In this document: positions 1-12,228 of the stretch, in pieces
How the letters are laid out: every line of letters begins with the position of its first letter
How positions within the stretch are numbered: position 1 is the first letter of the stretch
From: Adineta vaga
Taxonomy: Eukaryota > Animalia > Rotifera
DNA: 64,000 nucleotides
NCBI GenBank assembly: GCA_021613535.1
Contig: CP075493.1
Location: forward strand, 17,670,001-17,734,000
Reading direction: 5' to 3'
Translations under genes and position numbers: made by a program
Notes under the pieces: model-generated
Seen by the model: the letters and a program-made list of their open reading frames with translations, nothing else
The model's database searches: none
Told to the model about the DNA's origin: nothing

Positions 1-1147
1 AAATGAATGTATCATCTTTAAATATATCTTCTTCACCTAAACAATGTCCATTTGCTTTATTATTATTAATAAAAAGTAAATTGAAAAGAATATCTTTATT
101 ATTATTTATTAATTTTATTTAGATAATTCGAAAAAGATTCCAAATGTTTTTCAATATCATAAAATTTGTCAAAAGAATCTTGAACTTTATTGTTTCTATG
201 ATAATGATTATCTTTGTATTTGTCAAGAAAATCATTATCGTGTTGATTGTTTTATTCATAATATTAATATCGATCAATGTAATAAATATTTATCTAATGG
301 AAAATGTCTTCAAGATGATGATATTATTAAAGATAAAAATGAATTTATTTGTCTTTGTCCATCATGTTATCAAGGTTATTTATGTGAATTGAATATGTAT
401 GCATTTAGTTTAACTTTTGATTCAATTCTTATTGATATAATTAAAGAAATCAAAATTATTTATTGTTTTTTTATTTTTCTTTTATTTATTATTGGTTTTT
501 TTAATAATCTTTGTTCTTTTATTACATTTCGACGATCAATACCTCGAAAATTTCGTGTAGGAAATTATTTATTAATAATAACTTGTCTTGATCAAATATC
601 TTTATTTTATTTATTACTTAAATTTCTACAAATAACATTTAATATTACAAATATAAATTCATGTAAAATTATTTCTTCTCTTTTTTCTGTATTTACAAGA
701 TTAACATATTGATTAACAAGTTGGGTTAGTGTTGATCGACTTCTTCTCACTTTTTTTTCAACTTCAAGATTATCTTTTACCATTTTTTATTTAAATAATA
801 TCGATAAGTTTATTAATTATTTCTATTTCACGAAATCAATCAAAGATAACAAAAGATAAAATAACTTTTCATTAAATATTACTAAAACAATTTTATATAC
901 AAAAAGAACTTTATATTGTACCAATAATTCTTATATTATCTTCATTACCTTAAATAATTGTTTCATTTAGTTTAGTTTGTATACAATTAACAATTTGACA
1001 TCGTCATATATTGATTGTTACTCTTTTACTTTCATATATTCCACAAATTCTTGGTTTTCTTCTTTATGTATTATCATCAACTAATTATAAGAAAGAATTC
1101 AGAAGAACATCACTTGCACAAACATTGTTTCGACGATTTTTTCACTA
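1..1147 (+). pseudogene. Decayed 3' part of an EGF-containing rhodopsin-like GPCR gene
   Basis: Fragmented frames give EGF-like Cys motifs (CLCPSCYQG.LCE), TM1 (IIGFFNNLCSFITF), TM2 (GNYLLIITCLDQISL) and TM3 (TY*LTSWVSVDR, TGA at 710-712), plus further stops/frameshifts; similar to the 7TM part of the 46218-51135 gene. Confidence 0.8.
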
Positions 1148-1424
1148 AAAATGTACACAACTATTATTTCAAAGATATCATAATAATATATTGAAGAATT
1201 TTATGATCATAAAATAGAATTGTAAAAAATTCTTGTGTCTAACATTTTCTCTATTAATAAAAATATTTAAATCTCTTAAAAGAATAATTTATCTCTATTG
1301 TATTTTTAATTTAAACATTTGATAATCTTTATTGTTATTGGAGAAATGACAAATTCTATTGTATTCAAAAAATAATCATAACTTTAATTTTGATTTTCGA
1401 ATATTTTATAATGGAAGTTCTATC

Positions 1425-1478
1425 ATCTTGAGAATGTGGGTGGGTGGGTTCGGGTATCTTCAACTGCAACGAGTACCC
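1425..1478. repeat. Degenerate telomeric-repeat hairpin (ATCTTGAG-flanked type)
   Basis: ATCTTGAGAATGTGGGTGGGTGGGTTCGGGT, 19-nt loop, ACCC; right arm mostly lost. Confidence 0.55.
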
Positions 1479-1647
1479 AGTTTGTTTTTCTCTTCTCTGA
1501 TTTAAAATAGACGAGAAAAAAGTCTTTTCTTTTTAAGTGTACTACTTAATTGATCCCTAGATTACAATCAAAATAATAATCATAAATATCAAATGAATAT
1601 ATAAAACTATTAAGAACCGTTCGAGGATTAGAGACGGTACTATAAAA

Positions 1648-1700
1648 TAGGGTGTGTGTGGGTGTGGGTCTCTCTCCTATATATTCAAATCCACACACTC
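1648..1700. repeat. Telomeric-repeat hairpin
   Basis: TAGGGTGTGTGTGGGTGTGGGT-ctctctcctatatattcaa-ATCCACACACTC; loop nearly identical to the 15538 copy. Confidence 0.75.
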
Positions 1701-2037
1701 TTATTAAAAGATTTTTATAAATTGAGAAAGAAACATAGAAGTGAAATAATTTCGTTTTTTACCAAGATAATCATATTAATACAAAAAATAATGTTAATAT
1801 TTGATTTGTATTAAATTTCTTAATATTGTGAAATATTGTAATTTAATATATGTTTTATTTTACAATCGTTTTCATCAAATATTGAAAGCATAATGAGATG
1901 AAAAAAAAACTAATCTTAGATAAGAATTTTAATTTATAAATTCGATTTCTAAGATAAAATAGACAGTTATTTTTTATTCTATTCTCCTTATCGCACACAT
2001 ATTCTAAGTCAATATAAAGAACAGAAAAAAATAAATG

Positions 2038-2058
2038 ATATATATATATATATATATA
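2038..2058. repeat. (TA)n microsatellite
   Basis: About 10 TA units. Confidence 0.9.
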
Positions 2059-2120
2059 GATATCATGAATAGTGTTGTTGTTTTCTTTTCTTAAAATATT
2101 TTGAATTAATAAGATAATCT

Positions 2121-3534
2121 ATGATGTCATCGATATCTACATTTGAAATGTTACCAAATGAAATTTTATTAATGATTATAAAATATTGTGGTGATATTTA
2201 TTCAATATGTCAATCATTTTGTGGATTAAATTAACGTTTCATTTCACTTGTTATTGATAAACATTTACATCTATTTACTGATCATTTATATATAAATAAA
2301 AATGATCCAGATATGAATTTATTTTATAATTCTAATTTCTTTTATGAAATATTCCATCAATTTTCATCTTTAAAAACAAAACAAACATTAGAAGAATTTC
2401 TTCAATTATTAATTTCATTTTATATTAAACAAAAATATTTCGAATTAAGTAATGAATTTCAATTAAATTTAAATAAATTTAAATCTTTACGTCTTCATCT
2501 AACTGATAATGAAATGACTAATCTTGATAATGAATTGAAGAGTATATTTGATACTTTACTAATTGATTTTAATTTATATAAAAAAATATGTAAATCAAAA
2601 GAATTTTCTTTTCAATTAATTAATAATATAAAATAAATTGAATTATTTATTTTAACAAAAGGTGCAAGTCTTGAATATGATCAAAAGAATTTTGATATAA
2701 TAATAAATAAATGGTTTAGATTTAAAATAAATTTTATTGAATATAATAATCAAGAATTTGTTAATTTATTTATAATTTATCAATTTAAATATTTTCCTGA
2801 TAATTATTATCAATTAAATAGGATTTATTCGTATAAAAATGAAATAAATTTCTTTCTTTTTATCTTAGATAAAATAATGTTAATTATACCTTTAAATTTT
2901 GAAAATATATTTATTCAAACAAATCAAATAGAAATATTATAAATTTGACTTAATAAATATAATCAATATGAAACATTTTTAACAATTTTATATAATTTAA
3001 TTCATACAAATCAAATTGATATTATTAAATTAATTTATAATGAAAATCAAAATATTAAATATTTATTTGATCAATTAAAAACATCTAAAGAAATTGTTAA
3101 TATTATGATTAAAAATCAAGAAAAAAAATATTTATTTAAAATATTATTAAATAATGAACAATTAAGAATATGGTTTATAAATAAAAATTTATTATTTATT
3201 TTATTAAAAAAAAAGACAATTTAAAATTCTTAAATATTTATTTAAATTATCATCATTACTTATTTATCAATTAGATCAAGATGGAAATGATCCTTTACTT
3301 TATCTATGTCTTCATGTTTCTAGTTGTCGACATCGTTTTATTCAATTTCTAATCAATATCGGATCTGATTTATCTCGTATTAATTCACAAAATATCAATT
3401 TTTTTAATACATTACAAATAAAAAGAAATAAAATATTATTAAATAAATTAATTGAACATGAAATTATTCAAATTGATTATATTTCTAAAGAAGTTAAACA
3501 ATTCAATCATAATATTATTGATAGTTTGGATTAA
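2121..3534 (+). pseudogene. F-box-like protein with C-terminal ankyrin-like segment, disrupted
   Basis: MMSSISTFEMLPNEILLMIIKYCGDIYSICQSFCGLN*RF (F-box LP.EIL motif, TAA at 2232); C-terminal DQDGNDPLLYLC...IQFLINIGSDL; several stops/frameshifts. Confidence 0.75.
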
Positions 3535-4544
3535 CTAATACTGAATATGTTTATTATCAGACTAAAACTCAACTTATTGGATTAAGTTATCTCTTCAAAC
3601 TTCTCAAAATTTCTTAGATTTCAAGAACTTTCTAACTACTAAATTTTTTAAAATAATTCAATAAAGATATTTCAAAATTATAAAAACGTAATTTTTCAAT
3701 AAGATAAAATATGAGAATTACGTATACTATTTATTATTATTCATTCTTATAGTTGAAAAATTGATCTTGTTCATTGTCATCGTTTTTTCAAAAATGAAGG
3801 TCATCACAATCATAATATTTGTTTAGATTTTTCATATAGATACGAAGGAAAGGACTACTAAGAACATCATAAGTATAATAGACTTGAAAGTTTTGATATA
3901 GCTTTTGTCTAGTTATACGTTCACATTGAATTATTTGAGAAATATTGAAATAGATAAGTAAAGGAGGAAGACCATTAATAAAAAACTTTTCTGTATAATT
4001 TGATAATTGTACAACAAAAGAATATTGATCAGCAATATTAGGAAGTAATCCACCATCATATTTTGGAATATCTCCACGTATTGGATCAAATAATTGAAGA
4101 TTATTTTGACATTCTTTTGATAATTGATTTTGATTATATCGAATAAATCATTTCTCTGAAAAAAACAACATGATCATTGACTTTTAAGTATATTATAATG
4201 TTTATGATAGAGATTTCGTGTTACAAATAAAGAATGAAATGATTGAAGCATATGTCGAATTCGACGCATGTCTGAGTTCATTTTCTTTCTCATCAATTTT
4301 TGTTGTCAATCAGACTCGTTGTATTCTGAAGACGAAGTCGATAGTTTTCCATCACAAATCATAAATAAACTTATGATAATCATAAGAACATCATGTGAAA
4401 GCATCTTACTATCTTATAAAAGAAGCCACTTGAAGTATTAGCGAGGGTGGATGTGTAAGAATGATTCCGTTCTTCCTTCTTACAAACTATGCAACGCAGA
4501 AAAAAATCCAATAGAACTATGAATATCTAGTCATATTTCTATGT

Positions 4545-4700
4545 AAGACATATTTTGTCAACGTTTTTTCTGTGTACTCAAAAAGTGAGTGCACTACTAG
4601 AACCGGTCAGTGTGTCCGTCCGTTTACATGATAACTCGTCACAACTACATCCGAATAAGCTGAAGTTTTGTACACAGAATTATTTCATCAATATCTCGGC
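4545..4700 (+). mobile_element. HINE/DINE-1-like dispersed repeat, copy 1 (truncated by hairpin)
   Basis: ACTACTAGAA..GTCCGTCCGTTTAC..GATAACT..TGAA(A/G)TTTT..ATCAATATCTCG core shared with copies at ~14865, ~25280 and ~26010. Confidence 0.6.
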
Positions 4701-4769
4701 GAGGGTGTGGGTGTGGGTGTAAGTGAGAATATTATATGGATTATACACCCACACCCACACCCTCAAGAT
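4701..4769. repeat. Telomeric-repeat hairpin
   Basis: 21-bp perfect arms GAGGGTGTGGGTGTGGGTGTA / TACACCCACACCCACACCCTC, 22-nt loop, followed by AAGAT. Confidence 0.9.
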
Positions 4770-5368
4770 GTAATTTAGGAAACCAGATTTGTGGGGAATG
4801 ATAATCTACCGCCTAGGAGCGCTAGGGAGGATCCAGTGTGCCCTAAAGGGTGGGCGTGTGGCAGGGAAACGTGAAGAATGACTTCGGTCGATCTTTTATA
4901 TCATTTAAATAAAGGAAAAATGAAAAGATCGAGTCAAAATCGGTACTCAAAGTCCTTTTCTAAGTCAATTATTTTCATTTAAGCTCGAAAGACCCGAAAA
5001 CCGCGATGTTCACCTGGAAATGCAATTTTTTTCTCATGGTGAGAGGCGTCCCATAGAGTCTATTGTGTCCGCCACAAAATAATATAACACGAAAAATCTT
5101 TTCCATACAGTAGGCGAGGCATTCAACACCCGTATCTACATGATTTAACTATCTGGCCCTATGTTCCGACATACTGCACCAGAGCTCGTATTTTTCTGCT
5201 GGAAGAACTATTCAATCTTATGACCAACAATTTTTTCCAAAAAGTGGTTGGCTCCCCATAGATCCACCCATAACTCTATTGGAGGATCTTAAAAATAATT
5301 TTTTCTGTCATCGTTTATTTCAACACAACGACTCTTTATTTCAACATAACGTTATTCTGCGTTTTTTC

Positions 5369-5854
5369 CTACGATTTTAAAACTTCGTAGATGATGGGTA
5401 ATAAGTTGTACATTGTCGGACCTTGAAATTTCAGTATAATTTGGTAATTGGAATCCGAATATTGTATTATAACATCATCTACTGATTTTAATTCGGTTTC
5501 CTGACTATTCAATATTCGATAAACCTTCACAGAATAGTCCTTCAGTTGTGTGAGTTGTTGATTGTTGAGACGGATAGAATATGGTTGATGTTGTTGTGTG
5601 AATGATGTTTCAATAGTCAATGTTAAATTATTCGTTGAATCAGACCACCACCCAAGTCCGACCGTCGAGCATGATTGGTATTTTGTATCAGCCAAAGTCA
5701 GGAATGCAGAATTGCATGTACGAGAAGAAGTAACACCAGTCCAACATGGCATGGACGAATTCAATAGTCGAGCAGTGCAGGATGCATCCGTAATAGGTGT
5801 AGTTTGAACAAGAGCGATGGCCAGTAAAAGGAGAAGCGTGACTATTTGCGACAT
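5369..5854 (-). CDS. Small secreted protein, 161 aa, unknown function
   Basis: Intronless ORF with ATG, signal peptide (MSQIVTLLLLLAIALVQT), four Cys, upstream TATA box. Confidence 0.75.
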   Translation of the reverse strand: MSQIVTLLLLLAIALVQTTPITDASCTARLLNSSMPCWTGVTSSRTCNSAFLTLADTKYQSCSTVGLGWWSDSTNNLTLTIETSFTQQHQPYSIRLNNQQLTQLKDYSVKVYRILNSQETELKSVDDVIIQYSDSNYQIILKFQGPTMYNLLPIIYEVLKS

Positions 5855-5901
5855 TCGATGTTAGTTCGTAAGAAAAATGAAAATGAAAAGGCAAACGCCA
5901 G

Positions 5902-5908
5902 TTTTTAT
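5902..5908 (-). promoter_or_regulatory. Putative TATA box of the 161-aa gene
   Basis: TATAAAA on the minus strand about 50 bp upstream of the ATG. Confidence 0.4.
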
Positions 5909-6349
5909 AGTTACATTGCTATGGCATACAGAATAGGATAGAGCCGAAGCAACGAAAGAACAGGTGCAAAGGATAAGCGATCAAGTTACAATGGTGCCAT
6001 AGCTCTGTCATTGATGACTGAGTGGAAGACTGCTGAGAAGGCCGCTTTTCTCTCCAGAATGCTTTGAAGAAATATTAATAACTAAGTTACTTGAGAATAG
6101 CAAACTCGATATGGGCATAAAATCTACCAAACTGATTTCCTTTGAAATCACTTTCGGATTTTCGATCCCCTATCTTCCTACAGAATTTTGGATTTTTTTC
6201 CCATGAATTAATTGGCTCAAAGTAACTACCCATCGTGCTAAAAAGATGAATAACCCTAGGGAAAATCCTTGTTATTTCAGCTCCAGATCTTTGTCATTTT
6301 CGGCCAGGATCAGGCAAGGATTTGCACTTTTTTCCTGAGGAAATGCTTA

Positions 6350-6780
6350 AATCCTGAAAGAAGCGTGTAGCCACGGTTTTTAAGGATCTTGTCAAGATTT
6401 ATACCAAGAATTTATTAGGATTTAGAGCTGAATATCATTATTTTACTATCAGGATATTACCAGGATGTTCCCAAATCTTGCAAGAAGCGTGTAGCCACGG
6501 TTTTTAGGGATCTTTTCAAGTTTTATATCATGAATTCATTAGGATTTTTGATCGAACCTCACAATTTTACACTTAAGATCTGGCCAGGAAGTCCAAGATT
6601 CCTGAAAAAAGCGTGTAGCCACGGTTTATCAGGATCTTACCAGGATCTACATCAAGATTTATACACGATTCTTAACTGATTACTATTACTTAATAGCCAA
6701 GATCTGACCAAGAAATATAAAAATCCTGGAAAAACGTGTAGCCCCGGTTTAGACAGAACCTGCCAGGATTCATATCAGAA
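6350..6780. repeat. Subterminal tandem repeat, ~124-bp period, 4 units
   Basis: AAGCGTGTAGCCACGGTTT core at ~6361, 6485, 6609 and a variant at ~6733. Confidence 0.85.
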
Positions 6781-7170
6781 AAAATAAAGAAGATGGTAAG
6801 ATTATCATGGGCTAAATAACAGGATTGTTTCAAGAAATAGATGCATCTTGACAGAAATATGTTGTCACACTTTTTCAGGATCTTTGCAGGATTCACATCA
6901 GGTTTATACAAAGAATCCATCAGGATGACATAAAGATCTTTGGCTAATCCTTTCAGGATTTTCGAATAATAATTTTAAAAAATCTGTTCAGGATTCTTAA
7001 TTCCTCACACACCTATTCTCTTCTAGCATACTTGCTGGTTTTGTTCAGGAACCTACAATAATCCAATATATAGCATTCAATTAGACTAGTACAAGATTAC
7101 AACTTACCGAGATCGTCGAATTATTGTGCCAGGATCGTTGCAAGATATCTAAACAGAACAGGATAAATTT

Positions 7171-7243
7171 GAACACATAGAGATTCGAACTCTAGATCTT
7201 CAGTTCATGAACTGAACAGCTAACCCAGCTGAACTGTGTGCTC
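7171..7243 (-). tRNA. tRNA-like sequence (pseudo-tRNA, CAT in loop) inside the transposon
   Basis: 73 nt; acceptor GAGCACA/TGTGTTC, perfect T-arm TAGAG-TTCGAAT-CTCTA, A-box-like CAGTTCAGCTGG; anticodon stem TTCAG/CTGAA with an 8-nt loop; weak D-stem. Confidence 0.55.
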
Positions 7244-7341
7244 GTTTTAGACTTGATTAATACATGATTTTATATCTAATTTTGTATTCTCTTATGTGTT
7301 TTAATCAATTGAAATATATTTTTCTACTCTTAATTTTTTAT

Positions 7342-10049
7342 TCAATTGTGCTCATAGGCAAATGAATAGTTTGTTAGAATCATACAATCATCAAGAAAAG
7401 GAACAGAAAAACATCGAGAACGAAGAGAAGTAACATCACAAATATCAACTCGATCAAATTTATCAAGAGATGGCTTTTCACGTTTAACAACAATATATAC
7501 ACTATCGATGAAATCTTTGATAGCAGTTACATATTTATAAGATGAAAAACAAGAAGTTAAAGAAGAATTTACATTATCTAGTTTTTGAATAACAGCTGAA
7601 CAATGTGTATCAGTAGAAAGAAAAAATAGAATATAACCATAAGTAATTAAGCCATTCATTTCGTAAGATACTAGATAACTACATGTTGATCCTTTTCGAG
7701 AATAAAGAAACGAATGATACGTAACATTAAGATAATGAAGACGAGAAAAAAATGTTGTAGTTGATGAAATATGTCCATTTTTGATCAAAAACTGATAAGT
7801 TATTCCATCAAGAGTTTCCTTTAATATATTACTACCAAAAGCATCATTGTTAATGGAAAAGTGACCAAATGAACGATTAGTATGTTCTTTTGTTTTTGAG
7901 AGGTAAAAGTTAGATACAAATGCAAATGCAATTTGATTTCCAGCACCAGAAGAACCTTTAACAAATGCTTTTAAAAAACCAAGGAAGCTTTCAAAAACGA
8001 AATTTGTCAACCAGTTCAATCTACCAAACTTTTTGCATTGTAATGGTAAATGAAGATGGGTATGTGTTGAAATTGTCAATAAATTTACTGGATATGCATC
8101 ATCAGTAACATGCTTTGATAAGTTTTTAATATATAATTTCAATAAGAACGAAATTGAGTCACTTAATTCTTTATCATTATTCCAATGATCATGTAATAAA
8201 CGAAGAATAACATTATAAAGTGCTAAATCTCCGATAACATTCGCTGGTAGAAATTCAACGAGAACTGGTAAACCAATATATGAAATAAATAATCGAACTT
8301 CTGATGCTTTCCATTTATTTATATTTGCAATAGCTCGTGGTCGTCGAAGAATATCATGAATATAATTTATTGATCGAAGTTTAGAATTAATCTTTTGAAG
8401 ATTTTCTTTTGTAATTAATGTTTGTAAATAGATAAGAAGTTTTCTTGAATGGCATAAAAAGATTGTATGCATTGGATCAATAACAACGGAGTGCGGTAAA
8501 GGAACATCGAGAATTTCGGAAAAAGCACTTATACCTTTTAAACCTGTTGTTCTTTCTCGATCTACTCTATTATGCATAGAAGCAGCATATTGAGCACATT
8601 TTTCGAAATTCTCGGTTGTTCGCAATTCAGCATCGTTGTCCAAATTATATATAACACAATGCCCATCACGACTATAGGTCCCCTTGATATTGCAGAACAT
8701 GCATGCATAAAAGGCATTATGTTCTACAAACTGAACCATTGTTGAAAGAGCAGGCATATCTCCCATTAACATAGGAAAGATTATTTTAATCTTGTTACCA
8801 TTAATTGTTTCAACACCTGTTCTTTTTAAGCAAGATAATTGTTCAGATAACTTTTCCAAAATAATATTAAAGTTTGGCTTTTTTTTGCCTATCCAGAGAG
8901 CAAAAAGAATTGTATTATCAGCACGACTGCGAGCATAAGGTGGAAGTTCTAAGACAGCACCTAATATTGGCCATGCACTACAATTCTTTGACTTGTAAAG
9001 TGGGATACCATCGGAATGAATCATAACAGATACAAAAAACATTTTGTGAATATTTAATAATGATTGATATACATCACCACGAACAATATCATTTCCATCC
9101 AATGTTGTTTTTGCTCTGGCTTGATTTTGATATTGTTGAAGAAGAATTAAATTTTTATTAATTAATAATTTCAATTGTTCATGAATATCAAATAAAACAA
9201 TCTCCAAGATATCATCGGGTGGAACTTTCATTTGCTCATGAATACATTGAATTGTCGAACAAATTCCATTCGATGTCGATGAATAACATCCACCACATAA
9301 TTTTTCTATTGTATACATTTCACCAATACCAATAGCATCTATAAAAAATACCAAGATTAAAATGAAATGAAAACTTCTTCTAATCAGATCCTCCTTGCAA
9401 AATATACGTAGAAATATGTTGGAACTTGTATAAGTTCTTTTCGTTAAAACAAAACAAATTAAATGCACTTACTTAAAAGACCATCTCCTGATGCTGGTAT
9501 CAAATTAGGAGAAGGAATATATTTTTGAAATAAATCTAACAAATAAGCACGTTGTTTATTTGGTAGATGAGATATACGACAAAATTCTAGAATATCTCTA
9601 GAAAATTCACATACAGTCATACATGTAGATGAATAAAGAAAACGATTATCTGGTAAATGTGAATACATGTACATGGTGTCTGATTCTGCATCACTGGATT
9701 GTGCATCAGAATGGGATGCAGAACAAGAGGATGATAATATGGATGATGTTGTTGATGATGACATGTTCAGTAATATTTCATCTTCATCATTAAAAATATC
9801 AGTGATGGTTGATAATGAATTAGATGTAAAATTATCATTTTGGAGTGGTATTATTTGTTTTGCACCTGAACTCTCATCTGAACTTGAATCTTTATCAATT
9901 ATGTTAGATGAGATTGATGACGTTGAAAGTAAAGAAACCAGAGATCGTTTTCGTTTCTGGCTAGATCGTCGTTGTTGTTGTTGATTAGTTTTCTTTTCTC
10001 GACGCTCTGTTTTCTTCTTTTTATAAAAATATGCGGTTGTATCCGACAT
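7342..10049 (-). CDS. CMC/EnSpm-type (Transposase_21-like) transposase; two exons, intron 9339-9472
   Basis: Motifs HSDGIPLYKS...WPI, GDMPA, CMFC, DPMH, WKASE, HLHL..GRL, FVFES; the GT-AG intron joins the 196-aa and 708-aa ORFs in frame (LL-N-AIG); basic NLS and Ser-rich N-terminus. Confidence 0.88.
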
Positions 10050-10677
10050 CTACAACAGAACAATTTACAATAATGCATTGTACTATAAAATTTTATTTAA
10101 TCAAACAGAGCTTACATATCACAACTGAATCGTTTCAGATAAGAGTGCGATATTAACGACTGGAATCAGAGCAAATTAATGCTGACATATAAAGCAAACT
10201 TTGATGATAATTTGGATCAAAATACTACTAATTATTTAAAAAATATAATAGCGACATAGACCTTTCTTACAGTAAAAAATCTTTAGATTTAATTGTACTC
10301 GATACACACGTAAAGAATTATACAAAGTCTCTGTTGATTTAACTGGAAGATTTGAATTGATTGATATAATCAATATGATTTAGTTTTCCTTTATAAATCA
10401 TCTTTTTTTTATTATGAATAGATAAAAAAAGATCTTTTTATAAAAAAATATTGAAGTAATACATAGGATTAATCTTCACATGATTCTTCTTGTGGATTAT
10501 CAATCTAAAGAAAAAGAAAAAAGAACGATGATTGAAAAAATCTCTCAAAATAATCTTCAATTGTAGTCATATTAAAGCATTATTTTGTTCAAAAATCTCA
10601 GTATCTTTTTACAACATTAATCAATGAATTACCTATATTTGGTTGACAGCTGCATATGAATCTATTCCGATTCAACT

Positions 10678-12228
10678 TCAACTGAAATAACTAGCTGACT
10701 TTTCTTCTGGTGATTGTTGTGATTCGAGCTGTTGTTGTGGTTGAATTTGTTCTGTTTGAAGTTCTTGCTGTTGTGTTTGAAGGTCTTGTTGTGCTTTCGA
10801 CTTTCCACTTAGACGGTTGCTCTTACGAACATCAGACACTTTTTGAACAAGACTTGTTCGACTTGATTGCCAAATATTTCCCATATCAGCTTCTTTGAAA
10901 CTAAATCTTTGCCGAACAGCTTCTGTAATAAAAAAAGAATTATGAAGATGAAGAAAAAACAAACATATCGATTAACTTTTTAGCTTTTCAACAGCTTCTT
11001 CTGGAATTGGTACTCGACCAGTTCGATCACCACGAAAATCTGGTAAATATCCATTATTGAATTGTCCATCGGTTAAAACAATACGCGCAATTGATAACAA
11101 ATATCGACTAGGTGTTGTAGCAGGTAATGTCATTAGATTTACATTATTTTCGATCTTAAATATAAAACAATTGTTTGTTTTCTACGTAGCTTCTTCATAC
11201 TCACCATTTCTTCTGATTGTACTGCTGGTGGTGCACGAGTTGTCTAAAAATGAAAAAAAATAATCTAAGGTAAATTCTGCTTTGATTTTTTGAAACTTTC
11301 GAGAGACTTCTGTGTCATTCATCACTTCAGTATCAATAAATACAAGTATTATACCGATATTATATCAAATACTATACCTTATAACCATCTGTTAAGCGTT
11401 TTTGCATTTGATACACCTTTTTTGTAATTTTCTTCATCTCTGTTACTTCTTTGACAATCGTATCCAACAATTGCTTGACCGAATCAGGACTTGCAGTAAC
11501 ATGTGTTGATGATGACAATGGTGATTCATCAATTGCTATTGTATCATCAGGTTTCGATTTTTTTGATTTCGAATCGTTATGAAAATGTTCAGCACGTTCT
11601 AAATCAGAGAAAGAAACATGCACTTTGCACATATATATATTTGTTTATATTAAAAATTACTTTTGTTAATTGACGAACTAATATCTTTTAGTATTTCACT
11701 TTCACCATCAGTCGAGTCAAAAGCAGTTGTACTGGTTTTTGTTTTGATTTTGTTTTTCTTACTAATTTTTTTATTAAGATTTTCTTGATTATTTGTTTGA
11801 TGTTCCTATAACAAAACCAAACATGAAACAGTTAAAAGAGCAATTCTATATACATCATCACTACTGCTACTGATACTACTATCGTCATTAGCAGATAATT
11901 CAGTTTCAGCTGAAGACCATTGCTTTTTATCCGATGAACTACTTTTCTCTAATAGATCTTGTGCTTTTTCACATTCATCCTTTGAACCTTTAAAAGAAAA
12001 TCACATTAATATGAACTCTTTTTGAACAAAATGAATACCTTCTTTCTCAATCCGACATGCAAACCATTGCTTTCCAAATTTAGCTTCAAAACCATATCGA
12101 CCTTGAGTTCGGATTAAGTTTTCAGGCCAAATACCATGAGTTCCTTCTGATTGAAAAGAAACCAAACAAAAACGTTCAGGCTTAATGGCCTTTGAACGTT
12201 TCGAAATACTAGAACTTGTAGTAGCCAT
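10678..12228 (-). CDS. Transposon accessory protein, multi-exon, C-terminal BEN-like domain
   Basis: Starts MATTSSS; short GT-AG introns; coiled-coil segment; PSRYLLSIARIVLTD...PIPEEAVEKLK-AVRQRF...IWQSSRTSLVQKVSDVRK resembles a BEN domain; Q-rich tail. Confidence 0.7.

Noticed and set aside
9667-9984. Acidic 105-aa plus-strand ORF
   Set aside because: Antisense shadow of the Ser-rich transposase exon
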